Origin: a virus
Virus record (IMG/VR): IMGVR_UViG_3300042988_001121
Coordinates: 32,001-96,000 of that record
Reading direction: 5' to 3' (one strand)
Length of the DNA stretch: 64,000 nucleotides
The notes under the pieces were generated by a model. That model was not told where the DNA came from and did not search any database. It saw nothing but the letters and a program-made list of their open reading frames with translations. Position 1 is the first letter of the stretch; each line of letters starts with the position of its first letter. The position numbers were made by a program, and so were the translations under genes. Below, piece after piece: positions 48,774 to 57,675 of the stretch.

Positions 48774-49498
48774 TGAGTCTCCCCGACCTTTCTGGAATAA
48801 AATCTATCATCAATAGCGGCAACGCATTTAGTAACCCCATTTCTGGTAAGGTTAATTCTGCCTTACAGGGGTTTACTCCACCATCTGTTGCTGAGTTGAT
48901 GGGGATTGCTGAAGTTCAATTCGCTGCAAAAAATCTTCCTGTTCCCGATTACAACGAAATTGCTGCGGCTCAGAACAGTGTTGTTAATGCGTATAACAAG
49001 ATTCAGGATATGTTGCACCACACCAATAAACTATCTGGTGTAAACATGTCGGGCAATGGAACACTCGCAACAATCGCAAAAACCATGTCTAGCGCCAGAA
49101 ATGCATCTGGAGCAAAATCTTGTGATAAAGTATTGGCAGCATTCGGATCAATCAGGGATGCAGCTAATACAATAAATGATTGTGTGACAACAATTGACCT
49201 AGCAAAAAGAATGCTAAAAGATTTACCGGGTCACATCAAGACAATTCCAAAGCAACTGGACTCTCAGGCAGATAAAATTGTTAAGAAGATTCTTCATGAA
49301 ACCGCTGCTATTGCCAATGCTCAAATAGAAAACGCAAAACATGCACTGAGCATGCAAATGGCAGAAATGTTTCAGGATGAATGTGTTGGGCAGGTTCTTG
49401 GTGCCGTGATGACAAAGGACATGAATCTTCAGGTCAAAAAAGTTACCGATGAAATCGCAAAGAAACGTGTTAGTATGTTTCAGAAAATCATGAAATGA
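48773..49498 (+). CDS. Hypothetical helical protein (possibly baseplate-associated)
   Basis: Coupled ORF in the late block. Confidence 0.5.
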   Translation: MSLPDLSGIKSIINSGNAFSNPISGKVNSALQGFTPPSVAELMGIAEVQFAAKNLPVPDYNEIAAAQNSVVNAYNKIQDMLHHTNKLSGVNMSGNGTLATIAKTMSSARNASGAKSCDKVLAAFGSIRDAANTINDCVTTIDLAKRMLKDLPGHIKTIPKQLDSQADKIVKKILHETAAIANAQIENAKHALSMQMAEMFQDECVGQVLGAVMTKDMNLQVKKVTDEIAKKRVSMFQKIMK

Positions 49499-49674
49499 CA
49501 GACAAATTTAAATCAAGAAAATTCATCGTTGCTCTGTTGTCAATCATGTCTTGCACCGGATTGATGTACATGAGTAAAATTTCGGACGGAGTTTATTCTA
49601 CCATCATGGTAGCAACAATTGGCGCTTATTTGGCAGCAAACGTTTTACAGAAAGAGAAACAAAATGCAAATTGA
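49495..49674 (+). CDS. Small two-TM holin-like membrane protein (59 aa, not in the ORF track)
   Basis: MTDKFKSRKFIVALLSIMSCTGLMYMSKISDGVYSTIMVATIGAYLAANVLQKEKQNAN; ATGA-coupled; SRKF plus two hydrophobic helices. Confidence 0.6.
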   Translation: MTDKFKSRKFIVALLSIMSCTGLMYMSKISDGVYSTIMVATIGAYLAANVLQKEKQNAN

Positions 49675-50515
49675 TAGCATTGCTCAGGCTTACATCAACA
49701 TCATTACAGAAGAATTGCATCCTGAATTACAGAATGTGATTGATACTCATGATAACCCAAAGACTAAACTATTGGCAGTCACTGCACACATTCGCGGAAT
49801 GATCAAAGCCGGTCGCGATACCGGTCTTGAGGATTCTAAGCCAAAGAAAGGTTCTAGTCGCGCCGTATTCTTTCCAAAGGAAAAGAAACAATTCACCTTA
49901 GATGGTAAGCCTGCTGAAAGCCATACCGCTGTTAAGATTGCTTTCCCCGGTAAACTTGACAAGTATCACGGAGAAGACACTTTACTTGGTGAAGATCAGA
50001 ATCGTAAAGAAGCTGATTGGTTTGTTAATGGGCATCATGGTGTTATTCATCACACCGATCAAGGAATGAAAACGAACCATGAAGGCGTTCTTGCGCCTGT
50101 GTTTGATTCGCATCCCGAGCACCATCATCTTGAAATGGGTAGGGTCGAAAAATTCAATGCAAAAGACTTGGCAAACCACACCAAGAACAGAGATTTCCCG
50201 AAGGGTCTGAATCTAGATCAGATTAAGAACGCAATGCTGCATGAACATGCTCTTGCTCATGGTGGTCGTTCTTATCAGTCTTCTACTGACGAAAATCAAC
50301 ATCAAAAATTGGTAGAGCACCCATATGTCAGTAACATGATTGATATGATGCACAATTCTGACATGCACCCCGGCGACATTAGCCCTCGTAACATGGGGAT
50401 TTATGTTCACCCACACTCAGGACACCGTTATCCTGTTATGACTGATTGGGGGTTTGGTAATGATATTGCGAAAAAATACGCCAAAGCAAGAAAGAAAATG
50501 AATATTGGTTACTAA
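49664..50515 (+). CDS. Protein-kinase-like fold protein, putatively capsid-packaged
   Basis: GSSRAVF (G-loop), AVKIA, QNRKE, HPGDISPRN (catalytic loop) and TDWGF (DFG-like); the N-terminus ends in IITEE. Confidence 0.7.
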   Translation: MQIDSIAQAYINIITEELHPELQNVIDTHDNPKTKLLAVTAHIRGMIKAGRDTGLEDSKPKKGSSRAVFFPKEKKQFTLDGKPAESHTAVKIAFPGKLDKYHGEDTLLGEDQNRKEADWFVNGHHGVIHHTDQGMKTNHEGVLAPVFDSHPEHHHLEMGRVEKFNAKDLANHTKNRDFPKGLNLDQIKNAMLHEHALAHGGRSYQSSTDENQHQKLVEHPYVSNMIDMMHNSDMHPGDISPRNMGIYVHPHSGHRYPVMTDWGFGNDIAKKYAKARKKMNIGY

Positions 50516-50518
50516 AAT

Positions 50519-50539
50519 GGGCGCTTCGGCGCTCTTTTT
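50519..50539 (+). terminator. UUCG-loop intrinsic terminator
   Basis: GGGCGC-TTCG-GCGCTC-TTTTT. Confidence 0.85.
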
Positions 50540-50553
50540 ATTTTGTTTGCTGA

Positions 50554-50829
50554 ATGAATAATTTATCAAAACCTTTATTAGACCTGAGAAGTCTTGATTA
50601 TCTGATTCCACCAAAAAATGTAGCCCCATTCATAGAAGCATATGAGAATACGGTAACAGACGATCCTTTGTTTTGTGGAACAGTGAAACACAAAAACATA
50701 GTTTTGTTTTACTTTTTTAATGAGCCTCACGAGGCTTTCATGTTAAAAGGAAATAAAATTGTTGATGGTTACACGTACCTATCCAGAGGTGTTATGTATG
50801 ACGGAAAATGGCTCCATGAATTGTTATGA
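50554..50829 (+). CDS. Hypothetical protein
   Basis: ORF coupled to the downstream nuclease gene. Confidence 0.5.
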   Translation: MNNLSKPLLDLRSLDYLIPPKNVAPFIEAYENTVTDDPLFCGTVKHKNIVLFYFFNEPHEAFMLKGNKIVDGYTYLSRGVMYDGKWLHELL

Positions 50830-51443
50830 AAAAACTTTTAATAATTACACTATTCTTATTTTGCCTCAATTTGCATGCTGCCTGCAATAACCTATATCCA
50901 AACAATAAAAAGATTGTTTTGAAAAATACGATTGAACTATGCAACACACATTATGTTGCATTACATTCTTCAATCGACAAAAGAGTTATACTGGTTTCAG
51001 AAAGAATTGAACCCAATTCAAAATTCGATATTGTTAGGGATAATAATTTCAGACCAGACACAAGAATACCCAATCGTATTCGATCAACGCTGAAAGATTA
51101 TACAAACAGTGGGTATGATCGAGGTCACATGGCTCCTGCTGATGATGCGGTGACAATTGAGCAGATGAATGATACATTTTTACTCAGTAACATGACACCA
51201 CAGGAACCGACATTGAATAGAGGCGCATGGAAGGCTCTAGAAGGCTCTATACGCGATCAAATCAATGTAAGCAATACCCTGACATGGGTAGTGACGAAAG
51301 CGGCTTATAAAGGCTCTAAAACGATTGGTGACGGTTTGATGGTTCCGACCGTCTACTACAAGATGATGTACATCAAAGGTAAGCCAGTTGAATCTTGGCA
51401 AGCAGAAAATATTGTCAACGGAAAAGTAGTTAAAATTAAATAA
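50826..51443 (+). CDS. Secreted DNA/RNA non-specific endonuclease (NucA/EndA family)
   Basis: Signal peptide; YDRGHMAP, SNMTPQ...LNRG.W..LE and VP..YYK motifs. Confidence 0.9.
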   Translation: MKKLLIITLFLFCLNLHAACNNLYPNNKKIVLKNTIELCNTHYVALHSSIDKRVILVSERIEPNSKFDIVRDNNFRPDTRIPNRIRSTLKDYTNSGYDRGHMAPADDAVTIEQMNDTFLLSNMTPQEPTLNRGAWKALEGSIRDQINVSNTLTWVVTKAAYKGSKTIGDGLMVPTVYYKMMYIKGKPVESWQAENIVNGKVVKIK

Positions 51444-51463
51444 AAAAAACCAAGGAATCCACC

Positions 51464-52231
51464 ATGCACTTTTTAATTGAAACTCAAATCGCTTATGTAA
51501 TGATGAATGAATCTATTCTTCTTGAAGATCGGATTCAATATCTGAAAGACAACATAGGTAAAATCACAACCGATCACGATCCTGATGCAGAGCACAAATC
51601 TACACCAGAAATTGTTGATCATTTTGCTAACAATGCTGATCCAACCAAGAATAAGGCGCATACACAGTATCTGCTTAATTTGTATAAATCCGGTAAGATT
51701 CAACAGAAAGATGCTGAAAAGATCAAATCAACTTTGTCTGATTTTGAAAAATACAAGGGAAAACTTTCTCCTGAAGACAAGCAACTGACAAAGAAAGTAT
51801 ATCCAGATATTGAGTCTATCTCCAAGAAGATTGAACCACATTTGGGTACAATGACTTCAAAGAAGCAAGCAGAAAAAACTTTGGATCAGCCGGGGCACAA
51901 AAAAGTTTTTGAGGATGATAATATCGCTGTCTATCATCTGACAGACAAAGATGCGTCACAACATCTTTATGGTGGTGGATCAGAAAGAGGCGGCACAGGA
52001 ACTAACTGGTGTACAGCGGCACGGTCAAATCAAAATCAGTTTGATCACTATCATGGCGAGGGTAATATCCATGTTGTTCATCGTAAAAAAGATGGTAAAG
52101 TCTTTCAGATGCATCCTGCATCCGGTCAGTTTATGAATAGCAAGAACGAGCAAATTGAACCGGAAGAATTTGAATCTATTAAATCTTCTGTTCATAAAGC
52201 AATGGACGCTGTTCCGAAAATTCTCGACTAA
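51464..52231 (+). CDS. Conserved large-phage protein (GTxWCTA motif)
   Basis: ILLEDRI N-terminal processing-like motif, DPT.NK..TQY and GTNWCTAA; TAAATA box upstream. Confidence 0.6.
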   Translation: MHFLIETQIAYVMMNESILLEDRIQYLKDNIGKITTDHDPDAEHKSTPEIVDHFANNADPTKNKAHTQYLLNLYKSGKIQQKDAEKIKSTLSDFEKYKGKLSPEDKQLTKKVYPDIESISKKIEPHLGTMTSKKQAEKTLDQPGHKKVFEDDNIAVYHLTDKDASQHLYGGGSERGGTGTNWCTAARSNQNQFDHYHGEGNIHVVHRKKDGKVFQMHPASGQFMNSKNEQIEPEEFESIKSSVHKAMDAVPKILD

Positions 52232-52300
52232 ACTAAATAGAAATTGAAATATTGTCAGTAGAATAAAGGTTCCACTGACATTTTTATTTGAAAGAACAAA

Positions 52301-52852
52301 ATGAGTAAATTAGATTTTATAACAAAATATGGTAGCCCGAATGCAGTTAAATCTATCCCATCCAGAATAGATAAGATATTGGATTCTGGTAGTTCGGATG
52401 AAAAAAGGGACGTTATTCGTCATCCAAATGCATCGTCGGAAAATATTTCGAAGGCATTGAATGATGAAGACTATTGGGTTAGACATTTCGCTATCAAACA
52501 TCCAAACGCAACCAAAGAACATATTTCGAAGGCTTTGGGTGATGAAGAATATCGATTTAGAAGGGCTGCTATTGAAAATCCAAATGCAACCAAAGAACAC
52601 ATTACAAAAGCATTGAATGACAAAGACTGGCATGTTAGACAATCTGCTATTCAACACCGAAATGCAACACCAGAGCACATATCGAAGGCTTTGGGTGATG
52701 AAGAATGGTTTGTTAGAAGGGATGCTATCCGGCATCCAAATGCAACCAAAGAACACATATCGAAGGCTCTAGATGACAAAGACAGTACGGTTAGACGTGC
52801 TGCTATCAACCATATATCAGACGAGGATCTTTTAAATGCGTTGAATAGTTGA
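52301..52852 (+). CDS. HEAT/LRV-like tandem repeat protein (about five 24-aa repeats)
   Basis: Repeats of AIxHPNATKEHISKALxDxxxxVRxx with a 72-nt DNA period. Confidence 0.85.
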   Translation: MSKLDFITKYGSPNAVKSIPSRIDKILDSGSSDEKRDVIRHPNASSENISKALNDEDYWVRHFAIKHPNATKEHISKALGDEEYRFRRAAIENPNATKEHITKALNDKDWHVRQSAIQHRNATPEHISKALGDEEWFVRRDAIRHPNATKEHISKALDDKDSTVRRAAINHISDEDLLNALNS

Positions 52853-52886
52853 ATGCTATTCGACTAAAACTTTTCTAACTTAAAAT

Positions 52887-52905
52887 AAGACGCTTCGGCG
52901 TCTTT
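52887..52905 (+). terminator. UUCG-loop hairpin terminator
   Basis: AAGACGC-TTCG-GCGTCTTT. Confidence 0.75.
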
Positions 52906-52921
52906 AACTTTACCTATTATT

Positions 52922-54157
52922 ATGTTTAAATTTGAATTTGAAAACGATTATCTTTTGAGTTATCTACGGCTATGCGATTCCTGTTTATCAAGGGATGAAG
53001 TAGAAATTGGTGAATGTCATCATGTGTTCCCTCGCGCTATCTTCGGCAATAACGACTACACCGTTAAAATGACTTATCAGGAGCATTTTAAGGCGCACTG
53101 GTATCTCTGCAAGGCTTATGAAGAAGCGGGGCTTAAAAGACCATTTATGCAGATGGCAAAGGCATTATTCAGCTTCGTTGGTATTGCTGATTATCGGCGT
53201 TCAATCATTGACAATTTTACCGAAGAAGAAATTGATGAACTGGCTCCGCTGATTGCAGAGGCTCGCGAATACAACAGAATCAGTTCTATCGGTGAATTGA
53301 ATGGATTCTATGGAAAGACTCATAGTCCAGAGAGTGCTGCTAAGATGAGTTCGGCTCGCAAAGGAAAAGTTTTGTCGGAGGAAACGAGGGGTAAAATTTC
53401 TCGATATATGAGTACAAGAGATAAGAATTTTGTCAGATATTACCCGCATCACGATATAACAACAAAAGAGAATTTCTATTTTTCGATGAATGATATAAAA
53501 ATGGGGTTGGTCCCGGAAAATTTCGTTCGAGGTAGATACATTACTGAAAAAGAGAGACTCAAAAGAAGTCTTGCTATGAAACAGGCGTCCGATAATTTCG
53601 ATTATCATTGGGTTAAACGAGGTAAGGATAGTGAACTATACGAAAGTAAACACGCCTACAATCCAATGACAGGAGATCGTATTAGAATTCTTTTGGGACA
53701 AGAAATTCCAGAAGGTTGGGTATACGGAATGGTACAGGACGATGAGTGGAAACAAAAAAGAATTGCCGCATCAAGGGCTAAAATAAAGGGAGTGAAAAAT
53801 GATTATACTGCCAATGTTATAAACAAAGACCCGGAAAAGATCAGAAAAACTGCCGAGAAACATCGAGGGATGAAAAGAAGTGATGCCGCACGCAAAAACA
53901 TAAGCGAAGCTATTAAAAAGGCTTACCAAGAAAAAGGAAGCAAAAGAAACGGAGCTAAAAAGTATTTTGATTTAATTAACAGAAAGGTAATTTTTCTTCA
54001 TCCCGAACAATATGAAATGCGACCAGACAAAGAAAATCTAACAGATGAACAAATGATTCGCATAAGAAACATAGAAACAGGTAGCATAACTTATAAAACA
54101 ATGAAAGAAGAAATGCCGGTTGGGTATGAAATAGTTAATAAAAATAAATACTGTTAA
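52922..54157 (+). CDS. HNH homing endonuclease with NUMOD3 repeats
   Basis: ECHHVFPR...NND..V.MT..EHF.AH; FYGKTHSPESAAKMS..RKGK.LSEETRGKIS; lies directly upstream of gp17. Confidence 0.85.
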   Translation: MFKFEFENDYLLSYLRLCDSCLSRDEVEIGECHHVFPRAIFGNNDYTVKMTYQEHFKAHWYLCKAYEEAGLKRPFMQMAKALFSFVGIADYRRSIIDNFTEEEIDELAPLIAEAREYNRISSIGELNGFYGKTHSPESAAKMSSARKGKVLSEETRGKISRYMSTRDKNFVRYYPHHDITTKENFYFSMNDIKMGLVPENFVRGRYITEKERLKRSLAMKQASDNFDYHWVKRGKDSELYESKHAYNPMTGDRIRILLGQEIPEGWVYGMVQDDEWKQKRIAASRAKIKGVKNDYTANVINKDPEKIRKTAEKHRGMKRSDAARKNISEAIKKAYQEKGSKRNGAKKYFDLINRKVIFLHPEQYEMRPDKENLTDEQMIRIRNIETGSITYKTMKEEMPVGYEIVNKNKYC

Positions 54158-54178
54158 TTTTAAAACTATTTCGTATCA

Positions 54179-55795
54179 ATGAATAAAAAATATTATCAGA
54201 ACAACGAATCTCTAAAGGCGGCTGGCGCACCTGTAAACTTTACTTTACAACAGGTTGAAGAATATAGGAAATGCGCAGCCGACCCGATTTATTTTCTTCG
54301 TAATTATGCCAAGATCGTTTCTCTTGATAAAGGTATAATCAATTTTGATCTGTTTTCTTATCAGGAAAGAATGATCAATGCGATGCATGAGAATAGATAT
54401 ATCATTTCCATGCTGCCGAGACAGATGGGGAAATCTACTGTCGTTGCTGGTTATGTCGCGTGGTACGTCACATTCAATGACAATAAAAATGCGGTTATTC
54501 TTGCAAATAAACAATTGATTGCGCAAGAGATTTTTGGGCGCGTAAAGATGATCATTGAGAATCTACCATATTGGATGCAATCTGGTATTTCCAAATGGGA
54601 CGAATTATCATTTAAGCTCGAAAACGGGTCTAAATGCTCATGCGCAGCAACAAGTCCCGCGTCCGTGCGTGGAAATTCGATAAATATGCTAATTTTGGAT
54701 GAATTTTCCCATCTAAAACCAAAATTAGCTGACGAATTTATCGCTTCTGTGTTTCCTACTATTTCTTCGGCGAAAAGCTCTAAAATGATTATTGTTTCTA
54801 CCCCAAAGGGAATGAACCATTTTCATAAATTGTGGAGCGATGCACAGGAAGGAAAAAATGATTTTGTTGCAATTGAAGCTAAATGGAACGAGAACCCGAA
54901 TAGGGATCAGGAGTGGGCTGATAAAGAATTGAAGACGTTGGGACCAGTAAGATTCGCACAGGAAGTTGAGTGCTCGTTTGCTGGCTCCAGTCGTACATTG
55001 GTTGACGGAACATTTCTATCAAACCTCGCGTCAATAGCCCCTGTATTCGAACAAAATAATCTAAAAATATATAAGCACCCTGAAAAAGAACATCGATACA
55101 CAACGATTGTTGACACATCTAGAGGTCAGCATCTAGATTACTCTGCGTTCGCCATCATTGATATTACGAAGATGCCATATGAGGTTGTTGCTACGTACAA
55201 AGACAACACCATATCAACATCAGCATATCCGTTTTTAATTACACAGACAGCGAAGAAATATAACGACGCATATATTCTGATTGAAGTCAATGATGCTGGC
55301 GGAGAAATTGCCAATACAATCTGGTATGAGTTTGAATACGAGAATCTTTATTTCACTCACAAAGATACCATTGCAGAGGGGCTAGGATACCCCGGTATCA
55401 GGACAACGAAAAAAGTTAAGGCAGTTGGTTGCTCTACGCTCAAAGAATTGATCGAAACCGATCAATTGATCTTGAACAGCTATGACATGATTCAAGAACT
55501 CTCTGTGTTCACTCAGAAGGGCGCTTCCTATGCAGCAGAGGATACCATGATCAACGACGACCTAACAACGTGCCTCTGGTTATTTGCATATCTTACTAAA
55601 CAGCAGATATTCTCTGATCTGACTTCAACAAATATTCGTGCCATTCTTGCGAAACAGCAAGAGGAATACATGCAGGATAACATGATTCCATTTGGTATCA
55701 TTGATGATGGTACAGAGACAGAGGAAGTTCCTCTGGCAAGTTATGTCATCGACAATGGAAGAAGCCCTCTTGAGAACTGGATGCTAGGTGTCTAG
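54179..55795 (+). CDS. gp17: Terminase large subunit gp17
   Basis: CAADP.YF, FSYQ, PRQMGKST, LDEF, VSTPKG, QEVEC, D.SRG..DYSA and DDL motifs. Confidence 0.97.
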   Translation: MNKKYYQNNESLKAAGAPVNFTLQQVEEYRKCAADPIYFLRNYAKIVSLDKGIINFDLFSYQERMINAMHENRYIISMLPRQMGKSTVVAGYVAWYVTFNDNKNAVILANKQLIAQEIFGRVKMIIENLPYWMQSGISKWDELSFKLENGSKCSCAATSPASVRGNSINMLILDEFSHLKPKLADEFIASVFPTISSAKSSKMIIVSTPKGMNHFHKLWSDAQEGKNDFVAIEAKWNENPNRDQEWADKELKTLGPVRFAQEVECSFAGSSRTLVDGTFLSNLASIAPVFEQNNLKIYKHPEKEHRYTTIVDTSRGQHLDYSAFAIIDITKMPYEVVATYKDNTISTSAYPFLITQTAKKYNDAYILIEVNDAGGEIANTIWYEFEYENLYFTHKDTIAEGLGYPGIRTTKKVKAVGCSTLKELIETDQLILNSYDMIQELSVFTQKGASYAAEDTMINDDLTTCLWLFAYLTKQQIFSDLTSTNIRAILAKQQEEYMQDNMIPFGIIDDGTETEEVPLASYVIDNGRSPLENWMLGV

Positions 55796-55953
55796 AAACA
55801 TCTTCCGTTAATGATGTTAAAACAAGGCTCTGTCCTGTAATCTCTCTTATAAGCAGGTTTCGGTATCGGAATGTGATTCTGTTTTACCGGAACCTTTGTT
55901 GGCGTCAAAGCAAATGAGTTTGATGCCAGAAGAATGATTAGAAAGAATCTCAT
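55792..55953 (-). CDS. Small secreted peptide (53 aa, not in the ORF track)
   Basis: MRFFLIILLASNSFALTPTKVPVKQNHIPIPKPAYKRDYRTEPCFNIINGRCF; coupled to the upstream ORF. Confidence 0.45.
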   Translation of the reverse strand: MRFFLIILLASNSFALTPTKVPVKQNHIPIPKPAYKRDYRTEPCFNIINGRCF

Positions 55954-56279
55954 TCGTAGACAATGATAGTTTTCTCTTTTGGAGACACTTCAAACATTCC
56001 TGTGAATGTCTCTCCGTCATAAGAGGCGTAATAGCCATCGAATTTGATGTAAGTCACTTCATAACCGAAAGTGAATTTGAAGACTGTCCAGTTCTCTGAA
56101 ACGTCTTCGCTACCTTCGCACCGCGTAACGTACTCACACTTGATTTCACCCAACTTATTGAATTTTTCTACTGCTACGTCTAAATTATAAAAGAAACCAA
56201 GGGTAAGATCGGTTTCTTTGATCAGTTTTGTTACATCATTAAAAAGTGGTGTCATAATAACCTCAGAGGTAGTAAACAT
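55950..56279 (-). CDS. Hypothetical early protein
   Basis: GGAG SD after the early promoter cassette. Confidence 0.7.
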   Translation of the reverse strand: MFTTSEVIMTPLFNDVTKLIKETDLTLGFFYNLDVAVEKFNKLGEIKCEYVTRCEGSEDVSENWTVFKFTFGYEVTYIKFDGYYASYDGETFTGMFEVSPKEKTIIVYE

Positions 56280-56292
56280 TTTAGCTCCTGTT

Positions 56293-56332
56293 GATGTATT
56301 TATTATAACACAACAGAAGCAATGTGTAGATT
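56293..56332 (-). promoter_or_regulatory. Repeated early promoter cassette, minus-strand copy
   Basis: rc: AATCTACACATT...TGTGTTATAATAAATACATC. Confidence 0.8.
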
Positions 56333-56927
56333 ATTTGATTTGTTTACCTGTTGTTCCAAGAAGAACTTTTGTGTGCCACTCGTCACCAATTTTACGAGAA
56401 TAGAGATTATTGTGTAACTCCGGGTGAGCCAACATTTCAGGATCAGTTGGATGTGGTCTACGAATTTCTTCGCCCTTGCTGGTATGATAATCATGTGCTT
56501 CATCGTAGGTCTTGGCAAACTCTCCGACGTTCATGTGTCTCTTACTGAAAGCAAGAGATTTTCCTGAAATTTCGACATGAGAACGATTTCTCTTAAGATC
56601 GTCCTTCATTATCGATGATAGAGCGTTCTTTCCTTCAGGTGAGCCATCTGTTGCAACGGCGACTCGTTTTCTTCCGTTCGAATCCTTGTACATCGCAACG
56701 GCATTGATTTTACCGTCCTTGCGACTTATTTTCCACATGGGAATCTTATTCACCATTTCCTCTGGTGAAGCGAATCCGCTGCCTTTTAATCCGCCCTGTG
56801 ATTCATAGGCTCGATGCAGCATCCCGTGGATTTCTTCGGCATGCCTTCTTTTTTCTTCCTCATGTTTAGGCAAGAAGTTTTTGAATGATTCGACTAAATG
56901 TAGGTACTGTGAAAATGTTTTCATCAT
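56331..56927 (-). CDS. Putative internal head protein
   Basis: N-terminus MKTFSQYLHLVES resembles the T4 capsid-targeting sequence; ATTAAATA late box upstream (56946-56953 rc). Confidence 0.65.
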   Translation of the reverse strand: MMKTFSQYLHLVESFKNFLPKHEEEKRRHAEEIHGMLHRAYESQGGLKGSGFASPEEMVNKIPMWKISRKDGKINAVAMYKDSNGRKRVAVATDGSPEGKNALSSIMKDDLKRNRSHVEISGKSLAFSKRHMNVGEFAKTYDEAHDYHTSKGEEIRRPHPTDPEMLAHPELHNNLYSRKIGDEWHTKVLLGTTGKQIK

Positions 56928-57460
56928 GACAACTGGTTATTGTCGTATTTAATTACATTAACAAGAATGTCAGCATTTTCTTCTGTCATCCTGTGACCAC
57001 CAGTTGAATAGACGATCTTACCAAGCCCGTTATAAATCTTGGCAGCGAATTGGCATGGAACTACATTGTCATCTGTGTTCAGGACAATAACTCTTGGTGT
57101 TGTTAGATTGATCCCTTTGATGCAGCACTTTTTGTATTGTTCAAGCACTTCATCTGTTACGCCGTATTTTTTTAATGATGTTGCTGGTAGCAGACTAGGA
57201 TTGCATAGATACAATGAAGAAGGAATGATGTTGGCTATCTGTTCTGCATACCATCCACCAAGAGAAGACGCAACGATCATCGGATACTGACCATTAGCGT
57301 TGATCTGTTCGACCATTCTTGCAACAGATTCTTTTGGGTTATTTGAATCGTACTCCAATGCAATGAATTCAATTTCTCTGCCAAGTTTCTCTTTGATCAT
57401 TGCACCGGTTGATGACTTCTTATTGGAACCAAAGCCATGAATGTAATAAACTGTGTTCAT
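56924..57460 (-). CDS. YqiA/UPF0227-like alpha/beta hydrolase
   Basis: YIHGFGS, ASSLGG nucleophile elbow, NP, D..V and GGH motifs. Confidence 0.85.
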   Translation of the reverse strand: MNTVYYIHGFGSNKKSSTGAMIKEKLGREIEFIALEYDSNNPKESVARMVEQINANGQYPMIVASSLGGWYAEQIANIIPSSLYLCNPSLLPATSLKKYGVTDEVLEQYKKCCIKGINLTTPRVIVLNTDDNVVPCQFAAKIYNGLGKIVYSTGGHRMTEENADILVNVIKYDNNQLS

Positions 57461-57492
57461 TTAATTCTCCTGTTGGTTCTATTGTAACACAC

Positions 57493-57675
57493 TTATTTTG
57501 ATTTGAATGCATCAGCTAACTGAACATCCGTAAGAGAGTCAAAGAAGGCGATTGTTTTCTCTTGGCTGTTGTGATTAGCCAGAAAATAATTCACCTTCTT
57601 CCCTGTCTTGGTGTCCGTGAACGAGAATGTGTTTCCTTGGTGGCTGAATTGATAACGATCAGAATAGTTTTTCAT
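57493..57675 (-). CDS. Hypothetical protein
   Basis: Packed ORF. Confidence 0.55.
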   Translation of the reverse strand: MKNYSDRYQFSHQGNTFSFTDTKTGKKVNYFLANHNSQEKTIAFFDSLTDVQLADAFKSK

